A DNA stretch of 64,000 nucleotides from the human T2T-CHM13v2.0 reference genome, Homo sapiens. The first letter of the stretch is position 1; every line of letters begins with the position of its first letter. Where the stretch lies: assembly GCF_009914755.1 (NCBI RefSeq), contig NC_060929.1; one strand, written 5' to 3'. Both the position numbers and the translations under genes were made by a program. Shown here in pieces: positions 1 to 12,924 of this stretch. The notes under the pieces are model-generated. The model ran no database searches. It saw only the letters and a list, made by a program, of their open reading frames with translations, and was not told the origin of the DNA.

Positions 1-364
1 ATCATCTCAGTATTACTCTGTGTAGATCACATTCCCGTGTACTTTCATAGAATTACGGGAGCATGTATTCCTTCTAATTGAAATCTGATGTAACTGTTCA
101 ATAAATAAACATTTACGTGCCCCCAAATCAGCAGGTGCTGAGATGTGGCTCTTGGTGTCCCATGCACCATTTTTCTTCCAGGAACAGGAAACTCCTTCTC
201 CACCGGCAGGTTGTGAATAGAGTGAAAGGATGGCTGTGCTTTTATTAAAAAGCTCCAAACAACGAACCTTTCCAAATCAAATTGTGATCCTTACACCTCT
301 ACAGACAAGACAGAAAATGTGGGTTCTGTGGCCCGCTTCTGTGGTTCCTGGGGGGTCGAAAACA

Positions 365-510
365 GGCTAGGGTGAGGGTTAGGGTGAGAGTTGGGGCTAG
401 GGGTAGGGGTAGGGGTAGGGGTAGGTTTAAGAACAGAGTTGAGGTCAGGCGTAGGGCTACGGGGTAGTAACATTAAGAGTACCGTCATGTTATTGTTAGG
501 TTTAGGGCTA
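365..510 (+). repeat. Degenerate telomere-like G-rich hexamer repeat (TTAGGG / GGGGTA / CTAGGG variants)
   Basis: Exact TTAGGG at 379-384 and 502-507. Five GGGG runs at 393-421, including (GGGGTA)4. Confidence 0.75.
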
Positions 511-551
511 AGATAATATAACAAACACTGTATATAAAAACTTCATTCCCT

Positions 552-874
<323 letters not shown>

Positions 875-2003
875 TTAGCCTAGTGAACAAAGCACAGGAC
901 AGCCAGGAAAGGATAAAAGAAAGAAACAGGAGGACGGAGGTGCTTCTCCAGCAAATTCAGGCAACCGTTCCCAGCGCTTCCGTCTGTGTTGAAGGGACAG
1001 CCCCCACCCGCTGTTCTTCTCTGGGCTGGCGCTGAGCTTTGCCTGTGCATGGAATCACCCAGAGCTGTCGGATGGGTTGTGGATCTCATGTCTTTTACCT
1101 TTTCTTTGGGGAAGTAAATTGCATGAAGCCGAACCAATATCTTTGTATGTACTTTAATAAGTGGCTGAAAATACTATAGACTCAAAACAAAAACTAAAAA
1201 TGTAAGGAGAACATGGCCAGTTTCCTCAGGACTGTTTACATCTTCCAAGACCAAAGGCATTTGTCTCAAAGCCCCATCTCCTGCCACCAGGTGACCGGTT
1301 GTTTCTGCATCACCCACTTCCTCCACACCATCACTGAGGGCCTCGGCTTCCTAAGGTGGTCAGCAGCCCCCACAGGAATCCAATGGAAATGGCCTGTCTG
1401 GCTTCCCTACTTCCCTCTTTCCAGGTCCCTCCTGCGTCCTGTGGCTTGATTTCTTCCCCCTCCCATGAATGCGGAGGAAGCCGACTTTGAGAGATGAATG
1501 AACCATGTCAGTCCTGTCTTGAGAAGCCCCTCGTCTAGCAAAGGACACAGTCCTGGAAATTCATCCATGCAGTGCAGCAAATTCCAGGTAACAAGCACAT
1601 GTAGGGCACGAGTGGGGAAGGAATTCACACTGTTGTGTGCAGGGCTCTGAAGTAGGCGGTGGAGAAGGAGTAGGGGTGATGGGGAGAAAGCAGGCGGAGG
1701 CCTGCACAGTGGGAGGAATGAGACAGGCTGCTGCAGGAGTTTGCCTTGGGGTCTGGGAGGCACACACCACTGCGATGCGTGGTCTATGTGCACATATCCA
1801 GTATATACAGGAGAGCTGAAATATGTCAAGTATCTCTTGCAGAGAAGCATAGAGAAAAACACAGCAAATGCCCACATGCCCACCAAGTGCACTTAACATC
1901 CTGCAATGTTTCTCCAGAAACAGAGCTCTGATGACATTCGGCCCCAGGTTGTGGATAGAGAAACAAACTCCTGTGTCTCTGCTCAGCCTGGAAACTTGTA
2001 TGG

Positions 2004-2223
2004 CCACTCTAGAAAACAAGCAGACAGAGTCTCTGGACCCACCCGGCCATTCCGCTCCTACTCTAGAAAACAAGCGGACAGAGTCTCTGGACCCGCCGGG
2101 CCATTCCACTCCCACTCTAGAAAACAAGCGGACAGAGTCTCTGAACCCGCCCTGCCATTCTGCTCCCACTCTAGAAAACAAGTGGACAGAGTCTCTGAAC
2201 CCACCCTGCCATTCTGCTCCCAC
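2004..2223. repeat. Minisatellite, 54-bp unit x4
   Basis: actctagaaaacaag..gacagagtctctg recurs at 54-bp spacing (2006, 2060, 2114, 2168). Confidence 0.95.
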
Positions 2224-2394
2224 AGGCCCTCTTCAGCGACTCCAGTGCAAAAGTACACGAGGTCATGAGGTAAGTTTGAGTCCAGATGAGGTCTGGGTGT
2301 GGACACCAGCCAGGTTGGTGGAGGCTAGGACTTGCTTTGGGACTTTGCATGGAAGTCATTGCAAGTTTTCAGGCAGGAAAATAACATAATTTGC

Positions 2395-2753
2395 TGTATT
2401 AGTTCATTTTCATACTGCTATCAAGAAGTACCTGAGACTGGGTAATTTATAAAGAAAAATAGGTTTAATGGACTCACAGTTCCAGATGTCTGGGGAGGCA
2501 TCACAATCATGGCAGAAGGGGAAGCAAACATGTCCTTCTTCACGTGGTGGCAGCAAGGAGAAGTGCAGGGGAACTGTGCTTTTATAAAACCATCAGTTCT
2601 CGTGACACTTATTCACTATCGCAAGAGCAGCATGGGAAAACCTCGCCCCCATCACTCCATTATTTCCCATCAGGTCCTTCGCACGACATGTGGGGATTAA
2701 GGGAGCTACAGTTCAAGATGAGATTTAGGTGGGGACACAGCCAAACCGTATCA
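2395..2753 (-). mobile_element. THE1/MST-type MaLR solo LTR
   Basis: tgtattagttcattttcatactgcta ... ggggacacagccaaaccgtatca is the reverse complement of the THE1 LTR, with TG...CA termini. Confidence 0.92.
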
Positions 2754-3341
2754 GTGGCATTTTGATTTGTGAAGATGTACCAGTCAGGTTATGCCGTATT
2801 CAGCTGAGTAACAAACATCCTCACAACTTCCAAGCCAGGCAGGAGCCCAGGGAGAGTTGGAACATGCAAGATTCTTCTAGAGGGCTGTTGGAACTCACAT
2901 TTTAAATCACCCTCCTGACTTCTACACATTTTTCCTTCTTTGATATTTATACCCCCGCTGTACATCCTGTGGTGCCTGATGAAGTGCTCCCCAGCAAATT
3001 CACAGAATCCTCAGAAAGCAGAGACGACGAGGAGCACGGGAACAAGGGGATGTCAGGGGCTGGGGAATTCCTGAGACCTTCCTAATCCTCATAAGTGATA
3101 CCCAGATTCAGTTCAAGGTTTGGACAAATATATCCGTCTATTTTTTAAACCACGACTGAAGAAACAATTTCACTGTGCTCTATACCTAACGAATGCTTTA
3201 ATGATGATGTCTCCTGAAAGTGAGTGTTCCTCTCTGGGGACTCCTGCGAAATACATGATGATGAGCTCGTGACGTAGATGAAGCTGGCAAGACGGCCTCG
3301 GCGCTGGTCTTGGAGGACTGTGCTCTGATGCCAGGAAGCGA

Positions 3342-3433
3342 TTCCGTCATGCTTATCTGGAAGGTTCCGTCGTGCTTATCTGGAAGGTTCCGTCGTGCTT
3401 ATCTGGAAGGTTCCGTCGTGCTTATCTAGAAGG
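3342..3433. repeat. Minisatellite, 23-bp unit x4 (ttccgtcgtgcttatctggaagg)
   Basis: Four near-identical head-to-tail copies with no spacers. Confidence 0.95.
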
Positions 3434-4164
3434 CAAGACAATTTTACAGCAAATCCGAGGGGTCCTTGCTTTTGTGAGAAAATGAGTTCATGTCAATGTA
3501 CATTGAAATAACCTCAGAGAGTAAAACAAAGGCATGGATGCCAAAACTAAACTCTCCTCTCAGAGGTCCAAGAAAGCACATTAGTTTTAAGATAAATCAG
3601 AGTTCCATTTCTGTCCTTGGACGTGTTGGCAAGGGGGTGGGTGTTTCTGGACACTGCCTTGCCTGTCTCGCTACCTGCAATCCAGGGGCTCTATTTCACA
3701 CCCACCTGGTTCCTGCTCATTTATTTCTGGGCCCTTTATGTTGCGAGATTCCACTCATCACCCCGGAGTGTCAGCAGCTTTATCCAAATGTGTTATTTCA
3801 CAAGGTTTTTAATTTTAATGGGGAAGAGAGAATGCACACGGGAGAGTCAGTTGCTGCTGTGAAGGGCCATGCCTGGGGAGGAGATGGCGCTAATTACCCT
3901 GATTGGAAGACGACATTGCCAGGGTAAGGACTAAACAGGTGAGTGGGTGAAAGGAGAGCCAAGACATTTATGCAAATTAGAAAAAGGTAAGAGATGCTTA
4001 TCGTTTATAAGCCACCAAATAAATCATGTAAATAGGCTCCTTGGTACATGGAAAAAAGAACAGCCCAAATCACAGCCAACATTGAATAAGTTTAACCAGG
4101 TTCCTTAGGCAAGCAGGAGAGGCATGCATTTGCTCTTGGAAGAACTTTAGGAACAGTCTTATGA

Positions 4165-4597
<433 letters not shown>

Positions 4598-6433
4598 TCT
4601 CACACATTTCGTCAAAAGCAAATATCTAATAACACCCAATACATTAATTTATATTAATGAATTTAAAGAAAGCCACAAATAAGTCTGCTAACTTGTGTAT
4701 TTCTAAGATGAAATTTGCATTATATTTACATACACAGCAAAAATCATTAAGCCTCAATAACGTATTCTAACAAATCAAGACAATCTGCATTGTTGTGAAG
4801 TCTGAATTGGAGAAAATTCAGGGAAGATTATTTTTTGATTGATAAAAGAGATGTCTCTTGGGGAATTTGCTTTAATAAATATGAAGAAAAGAATGGGTAA
4901 GAATGAACTAATGAAGTAAGTTAGAATGTCTGAACAAAAGTACTTTAATATTTTGCTAGGTGCTACACACAAATGTTCATCTTACATGCTTTATTGATTT
5001 GTTGAGTAAATTGTATTGTTGTTATTGGATAGAACTCGAAGCCCACCCCAGACCAGGCATCCTGCACTGCTCTCTGGAGGGCTCATGGTGAGAGAAGGGG
5101 CTCAGAACAGCCAGCTGCCAGGTGGGTCAGGTCTGGCACCAGGCCACAGCAATGTTGGGGAGTTTCACTCTGGCTAACAGGTTGGTTTCTAACTCAAGTT
5201 TCCATTTAACCTCATAACTGAAAGGGGTGCCTATTCAATTCAGGGTAAATTTGCTCAATCTAGTTCAGGGTTTGCTTCCCACCCTCCTGTTGTCCCACCA
5301 TAGAATTAAAGTTCCAAGGGCCTTCGAATGTCGAGGTGTCAAGGAGAGAGGCCCCTGGGGCGGTCACCGCTCCTGCATCCTCGTGCCTGTAGTGCCCATC
5401 CCTGCAGGAAGCCCAGTGACTCCAAGCCATGTCTACGGCACCCTGGGCCTGGTCCCATCCAGACCTGGGGCTCTTCAGATTGGCTGGTTCCTTCTGCCAA
5501 TGCCTGTGTCCCTCTTGGAGAACACAGAAACACTGGGCGCTCTCCTGACCCACAAAGGCTGCAGGAAAAGCGGGAAGAGGGCATGCTCCCATGGCCCCCT
5601 TGCCCACCCTCTCTCTTGTGGCATAGACAGAGCTCTTATCCTCTCACCTCCAGTTGGCCATTGTCCAGAGGCTCACCTTTCCTAATCTTTCGGATCCTCC
5701 ATCCCTTACCCTCCACAGTCCACCTGTGCAAATGCTCAGGCTCCTGCCAGCACCCCACCAGCTCAGCTTCTCCCTTCTAGTCCAGGGAGAAGCAAACTGG
5801 CTCCTCCTCCTCCTTTTCCCCATGTCTGTGGGTGAGAACAGAAAGGTACCGAGCCTCACTCCCAGGTGAGAGGAACTCGCAATGCTCAAACCATTTACAA
5901 AGCCTTATCTTTCACAGTGATTGCTCCTGCCATACATTCCAAAAGGCTACTTTAGAACTCAAAGCCTGGTGCCTCCATACTCTTCCTGAAGCTGTGGCTC
6001 AACAGGCCTCCACCTCCAAGACGATCTGCAATGGGGAGGAGGCCAAGAGGCGAACACACCAGGGGGTGAGGAACACCTGCTTTCACACTTACCACCAGCT
6101 CAACTTCAGGACTCTAGTTTCTTCCCCAAAACTCTGCCCTTAAGTCAAAAGCAAATATGTGAAAAAAGTGTTTCCATTTGTTTGAGTGAGATAAATTAGG
6201 ATATGTTCCATTCCAACTCAGGAGCCTCAGACAACTTTTGCCAACAGAATACAATTCAACAAAAAAGCAAGCTTATGTAATTCCAAAGTCAATGCACAGA
6301 ATTCCCCACATGAGACATCATGCAATAAAGGGTAATTATACTGTTTTTGTTTTCCTCTCTCTGTCCAATATTCTTCACCAATTTTTTAGCCTTTTGGGCT
6401 CATGGTTATCTTGCATTTAGCCCACAGTGAAAG

Positions 6434-7400
6434 TGTTAGTGGCGGACGTTAAACGAGTCACACGGCACCAGAACATGTTACCAGTAGCCGGTATCCCAGT
6501 TACCAGTGGCGGGTCCCTGCGGGTCTGCAGCAGCCTCACTTCTTGCCTCCTCAGAAGAAAGAATTCAACTGACGGGTAGAAGGCAGAAGAAGAGACCGAG
6601 GCAAGTTTCAGAGCAGGGGTGGAAGTTTATTAAAAAGCTCTAGAGCAGAAGCCAGGCATAGTGGCTCACGCCTGTAATCCCAGCACTTTGGGAGGCCGAG
6701 GAGGGCAGATCACGAGGTCAGGAGATTGAGACCATCCTGGCTAACACGGTGAAATCCCGTCTCTACTAAAAATACAAAAAATTAGCTGGGCGTGGTGGTG
6801 GGCACCTGTATTCCCAGCTACTCGGGAGGCTGAGGCAGGAGAATGGGTGTGAACCTGGGAGGCAGAGCTTGCAGTGAGCTGAGATCACGCCACTGCACTC
6901 CAGCCTGGGTGACAGAACGAGACTCCATCTCAAAACAAAAAAAAAAGAAGAAGAAAAACAACTCTAGAGCAGAAATGAAAGGACGTAAAGTCCACTTGGA
7001 AGAAGGTCAAGTGGGTGACTTGAAGACACGTGTGCAGTTTGACCTTTCGACTTGGGGTTTTATATGCTGTCACGCTGCTGGGGTCTTATGTCCTTTCTCC
7101 CCTGATTCTTCCCTTGGGGTGGACTGTCTGCAAGCACAGTGGCCTGCCAGCATTTTGGAGGAGAGCATGCACAGTGTGTTTCCTGGAGTCCTACGAATGC
7201 TCACTTCAGGCGTTCTTCCCTTACCAGCCGAATGTCCCTGGGAGGTTGTACACAAGTTAAACTCTGCCATTTTGCCTCTTAGTGCACATGCTCAAGCCCA
7301 CGCATCCCACTCCTGGGATCTTACTGGGAAGCTGCTGATCACCAGTTTCAGGTTTTTTCTATCTATAGGGAGATGGCCTTTCCCTGGCGCTGGCTGCCAC
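6434..7400 (-). mobile_element. ERV1 LTR, MER50-like, interrupted by AluY
   Basis: ttcttgcctcctcagaagaaagaattcaactga...gagaccgaggcaagtttcagagcagg...tttattaaaaagc matches the recalled MER50 reverse strand. The sequence continues seamlessly after the Alu TSD. Confidence 0.75.
6651..6961 (+). mobile_element. AluY inserted in the MER50-like LTR
   Basis: AluY diagnostics (gaccatcctggctaacacggtgaaa, gagcttgcagtgagc). 13-bp TSD ctctagagcagaa at 6638-6650 and 6962-6974. Confidence 0.96.
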
Positions 7401-9789
7401 TGAGAGGTGAACATTTCTATTGCCCTATTACGGGAACCAATATTTTATGAAATCAACCTTCAGGCCACATCCCCATGGTCCTTTTGAAGGACCAGGGACT
7501 GAGACAAGGGTCAGCTTGGAGTGGCTGAGTCCACGATGGCCCTGTTGCATGACCTCTCCCTGATGATGAGCATGGGTCTCCTTCCACACCTCTGCAGAGA
7601 GAAGGCCTCGTGCTTCTGTGATTGCACAAGGGTGCACGAGCCTGAGCCTCACAGTCCCTGACGGGCTTGCTGAATATTCGCATCTTAGCTTCTGCAATAG
7701 CCATTATCATGGGAAAAGAAAAATCAGTTTTCTTTTAGTCCTAGTTCGGAAAATTGTAGAACCCAGAACTGAACTTGGCTCATTTATGTCTGAATTTCCA
7801 TGAACACTCCTCCAAGCTCTGTTGTTTCTCTCTAGTGATGTCATGAGGCAGTTTAGCCCAATTTGAATAGCTCTGGGTGTTCGCTTCTAGCTCAGGGTAA
7901 AGGAGGGCTTCCCTCTTGCCATTTCGTCCCCTCGGCACTGTCCCTCCCCAGAGATCAGGAGCGCTGGTCTGAGCAGCAGAAGACAGTTGGCTCCAGCCTT
8001 CTCACATTCTTCTGCAGCTAGAAACCCAGGCACACCTGCCTGTTGTCAGGAGGGTAGGGCCGTCCTTACCAGAACCCAGGTCTATGGCCTCTAAATGGTT
8101 CTGGAATTCCAGGCTGTCTTCTAGAGGACCATTCCCAGAACGAGCCCACTGCCCAGGGGGCTTGGACACAGGGAGAAGGCAGCACAGGCCATCCGCCTGC
8201 TACCCAGGTGCAGAACTCATCCTCTGACACACAAGGTGAGGAGCATCTCGGCTGTGAGCAAGGCTTGCCTCAGGAACTCTTTGTTCTAAAGCCTTTGTGG
8301 CTGTACTATCTCCTCCTTACCGAGGAAGCGGCTAAAATGTAGCAGATGGAGAGAGATTTACCGGGAGAGGGTTGGAGACCCACAGGCTGCTGGTCACCAT
8401 CTCAGAATGAGGGCAGGATATCTCAGCTCCCTACCTAATCTCAGAACAAAGTCCTGCCAGCACCATGAAGAACCTGGGCATTTCCAAGAAATTGGATTAA
8501 CTCATCATAACACAGAGCATGGCATCTATGGAGTGACTGTTTCAAAAACTTGAAATTGACCCTCAGGGACACACGTGACCTCATTCAGCAGGAGAGGTGA
8601 GAGGGAAATGCCTGTTCTTCTCATTTGCACAGCAGTTCCAGGATGGAGTGCCACGGTGAGCCCACACATGGACAGGATCAAAATGGACTGAATCCTGGGA
8701 GCAAAACACATATCCTGTAACTTGTTTTGCATATTTGGTGCTATTATTGCAAAGAAACACTACCTTAAATGGTAAATGCATTTTTAAAAAGCTAGTTTCA
8801 CATTATTATGGAAATATAATTGGTAATAGCTGTCCTCTGTTTTAGGAGAAAGGTATTGATAAGAGTAGGATACAGCAAGATCCTAGGTGATCACACGGTT
8901 TGATTGTCCTGATTCCAAGGACAGTGCAAGGCATTGTTTTGTGGGGATGCTGAATTTATGTATCTGAATAAAGGTAGAGGAAGAGGACCCCACAGCTGGG
9001 TGCAGAGAGAAAATGATTGACAGACTTGGCTTAGTTAATTTTAATCTTTGTTTAACTCGGAGAAGTTCTAGGTAATTAACGGAATGGGTTGAGAGAGAGA
9101 AAGCGTGTGTGCGTGCGCACAAAAGCACACGTTTCCCCTGGGGCCTCAGCGTTTCATTCTTCATGAACAAATACAGTACAGAATTCTACCTTCTCCATGG
9201 AATCTCTTTGGACCAAGCGCATCCAATATTAGTGCTTGGAGGCTCTGATGGCTTTGCTCTCATGTGTAGTGTATGCTTCCTCGTGTGTTTCCTGTGTGGA
9301 TTTATTTTCAATAGATGGTTTTCTTTAAAAGCAGATTTTAAACCCCTGAACAACAGATGTCTTTGGCCTTTGTGTTCTTCAGCAGGAGACCACAGAAAGA
9401 GCCAGTTAGTTGGGTCCACGGTGCTGGGCCAGGGCTGGGCAGATCCTCCTTAGGCTCTGGCCCATCTTACTGGAGCAGAGCCATCTACCTGTGCACAGGT
9501 GACCCTTATCACGTCAGTAAGGGCAAAAGCAATCATTTGGAATTTTGCTCATTCTTTTTAAGTCTGCTTGCCTGCGATTGAACACTTAGCCTTCTTTAAC
9601 CTGAGGATGAGTTTATGTAGGTAACTCACTCCAAAGTTCATGGGGGTAAAGGAAGACCCATGTTGAACTTAGAGTGGGAGGGCCTTGGGAATGTACCTGT
9701 GACTCCTGCACCCTCAGCAAGACCTTGTTGCTGAGTGGGCACCCTGGCATCAGTTGGCCTGATGTCAACCTGGTATGGTCATCATAGCC

Positions 9790-9875
9790 TCTCATGCCTT
9801 GGTTTTCATACCTGGAAAATGGGAAGCAAGATAGACTCACCTCAGAGGATTAAATTAATTAATACATAATACATT
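9790..9875 (+). mobile_element. MIR fragment (5' part; 3' part resumes at ~10883-10940)
   Basis: ccttggttttcatacctggaaaatggg...acctcagaggattaaattaattaatacat resembles the MIR core. Confidence 0.55.
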
Positions 9876-10882
9876 ACAGTAAAAAGTAACCCCCTAAGAA
9901 TGGTCACGCCAATCCCCAAAACCTGTAAATACGTCATGTTACACGGCCAAGGGGCTTTGCAATGTTATTAAGCCTTAAAAAGGGAGGAGCATCCTGGGTG
10001 AATCAGGTGGGCCCAGCCTATGGCCTGGGTCTGCTGTAATAAAGGGCCGCAGGCTGAAGGCTGAAACATGGAAGTGTGTTGTCTTATAGCCCCCGAGGCT
10101 GCACGTGGAGGTCAAGGTGTCATCACGGTTGCGGCCATGACAAGGAATCTGCTCCAGGCCATCCCTGGGCTCTGCTGGCTACTGGCCATCTTTAGCAGAC
10201 CTTGATGTGTAGAAGGACCACTCTGATCTCTGCCTTCGTCTTTGCAGGACGCTCTGCTTGTATGTGAGTGTGTGCTTGTGTCCAAATTTCCTGTTTTTAT
10301 TATAACACCAGTCATACTGGATTAGGGTCCACCCCAATGACCCATTTTATTTGGATCATCTACTAAGACCTTATTCCAAATGAAGTCATATTCACAGGTC
10401 CTGGGAAATAGACTTCAATATCTGGGGGCAAAATGCAACCCACAACAAGCCCTTTAAAGCAGGGATCTTTCTCTGGCTGGAGTCACAGAGATGCAGCAAA
10501 GGGAAAGGAAGAGAGACTCAAGGAACAAGAGGGGCTCAAGGCACTGTTAGGTCTGCAGATGGAGGGAGCCGTGTGACATGAGGTGCAGGTGGCCTTGAGT
10601 ATCCGGCTCCCAGCTGACATCCACAGGGAAGTTGGAACTTTAACTCATGGGCTCAGAGAACTGAAAGCTGCCGGCAACATTTCTGGGCAGAAAATGTGTT
10701 CTCCTCAGATCCGCCAGATGCTGACCGACACCTTGATTTTGGCCTTGAGGAACCTGGAGCAGAGAAACCAGTGAGCCCACATGGCACTCCAACCGTCAGG
10801 CCAGAGGAGAGAAGAAACTCATGCTGTTTTAAGACTCTAAATGTGTGGCCATTTGTTATGGGAACAACAGGAAACTAATGCA
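9876..10882 (+). mobile_element. MLT1E-like MaLR LTR, split by an MLT1B/C-like LTR
   Basis: 5' part aatccccaaaacctgtaaatacgtcatgttacacggccaagggg...ggtgggccca. 3' part gacaccttgattttggccttga...tgctgttttaagactctaaatgtgtggccatttgttatgg...gaaactaatgca. Confidence 0.7.
10021..10447 (-). mobile_element. MLT1B/C-like MaLR LTR nested in the opposite orientation
   Basis: tgtgtccaaatttcc...acaccagtcatactggattagggtccacccc...ccttattccaaatgaagtcatattcacagg...caacccacaaca. Confidence 0.8.
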
Positions 10883-11869
10883 AACAGTATAGAAATGTTT
10901 TTCACAGTGCTTGACTCTACAAATGTCAACTACTATTATATAATTATTCTTTTCTGAAATAGACCTGCATTGTCACTTGCTTAAATTCCCTGGATTTTTG
11001 TTTTTAGGATAAAGGTTTCTATGTGCATACACAACTCACCAAATCTACATTGGTGTCCTAAAAATATAGATGGAATAACTTGGTCTATTGGGATATGTCT
11101 CGTCTACTTTTAGAAATAATTGAATACATTAATTACATATGTTACTAAAATGATTCTTTCTTTGATGATGAGATGCCCTAAGCACGTTCAAACTATTATT
11201 TATTGAGCATGATCTTAGAGAAAAGCTGGTATCTCCTATTTAAATGCCATTTCTTTCTAGAGAGGGAAGCCTGCTGGCCTGAGGGCTTGGGTTGGATTTT
11301 TGTTTATCACAGTCATCATTCCCAAGTTGAGAGGCACTGTGGTTGAGTGCCCATGTCACCACGCTTGCCGAGAGTGTACCCAGGTTCCAGGGAGGTGAGC
11401 TCAGCCAGGAGTCAGGACCCAATTTTCTCGGTGAGCATCTTGGCTTCCCATCAGCAAAAGGGTTTAGGTGTTTGTAACAAATAATGACCACACATTAATT
11501 CGTATTTCCAGGAGTTAAAGGGAATGACAAGTCTGATGAGCCTGACAAATATATTTCTTTTACTGTAGAGAAGCCAGAACAGGTCTGAGCAGGTCCTACA
11601 CATTCCTCAGCTATGGAAACATGTTCTTAATGGTGCCCAGCTGCCTGTCCTGTGCCCACGCAGTCCCTGAAGTTCTAAGTCCTCCCCACACTCCCCAGGC
11701 TCAGGCGTAAACCCTCTGCTAGTTCAGTAGAATTAAAAGATCCACCACGCTTCAAGCAAAAATGAGCTGTGCTGGGTCAGCCTTGCTGCCATAAAGTGGA
11801 CAGTACTTTCTTCGGCACCTACCGTGTGTTTGAGGTTAAACTAATAGCTTTATTCACATTATTTAATGT

Positions 11870-12305
11870 AATCCTTTGATAACAAAGACCAAGTTGCTCT
11901 TCCCTCCCTGAGCTAAGCCATTTCCTCTTTCTAGGCTGAGAATACTGAGACCAGATGTCAATCACTACACTGTTGTTTCTAGGAAGACTTTCTCCTGGAA
12001 GACAAGACTGCTAACTGATTGAAGTAGCTTATTATGGAGACTAACCATTCACCCTCCAGGGCCCTCTCTTTGCCATACCGACCAACGCAAAGCTACTGTG
12101 CCTCCATGATGCCGATGTTCAGCCAGTTCCCTTCAACGCAAGACCTGCCTCTCAGGTGCCCGGCTCAGGGTTCTGACCCCTGAACATCTCCTGCCTGACA
12201 TCCCCTGTCCTTCGGTCTGTAAAGGCAGCTTCCTCCCTCCCTGCACTAAGCCCAGTAGCCTTGCTTGATTGACAGATTCTCTCCAGGCCTTCTGGGAGGT
12301 CAACT
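11870..12305. mobile_element. Possible old ERV LTR fragment, family not assigned
   Basis: LTR-like composition and phrasing only; no consensus confidently recognised. Confidence 0.25.
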
Positions 12306-12334
12306 GTGGACCTCTTCTGACGCTGAGAGGCTAA

Positions 12335-12400
12335 TGTGATTGTCCCCACTTCATAGGGATGGAAACTGAGGCAAAGAGAAGAGAGTTGCTCACAAAGCCT
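12335..12400 (-). mobile_element. MIR core fragment
   Basis: tgtccccacttcatagggatggaaactgaggcaaagaga matches the MIR core (atccccattttacagatgaggaaactgaggc). Confidence 0.65.
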
Positions 12401-12924
12401 GGGTTCTACTTCTCCCTCACACCTTGGTTTTGGTGACCAGGTTTTTGTTTCCTTGAGCAAGTCTAAGTTCTCAACAGGCCAGTCTCATCTTTGAGTCTCT
12501 GTGTCTGCGTCTCTGGCTCAGATCCCACTTCCTGTCCACTGGAGATGAGTCTGTCTCTGAAGCCCAGTTGGGCTGGCCCAGGGCACACCCCTTCCTGGCC
12601 ACAGCCTGCCTGCTGAGTGCCAGCCCATAGCCGCCTGCCTGCTCCTCACTGCAAGCTCTGATCTGGGACTCACTCCCTTCCCTGGTACCCGATGTTGGGC
12701 ATGTCTTAGAGCAAAGTCCAGTCCCTGTGGTGTGGCCCCAGACAAAGCCTTGGTTTTCATCTTCTTAATCTTTAATGCTCAATGCTGGAAATCTTGACAA
12801 TACTTACTCTCTAGATTTCTGAAACAGATCACTCCGTAGCAGCAGTGACAATAAAGTTAACATTTTCTCATGCTCTTTAATTAATAATTTCATGACAGTT
12901 TCTGTGCCTTGTTACCTTGATAAA

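Noticed and set aside
100-109. Overlapping AATAAA hexamers as a gene 3' end
   Set aside because: No upstream exon is visible in the window, and the hexamer alone is not diagnostic.
1561-2389. 220-aa and 173-aa ORFs with repeated peptides
   Set aside because: Both are produced by the 54-bp minisatellite. I see no recognisable domain or exon structure.
3255-3330. ATGATGA ... CTGA spaced like a box C/D snoRNA
   Set aside because: There is no convincing terminal stem and no recognisable rRNA/snRNA guide. The motif pair is common by chance.
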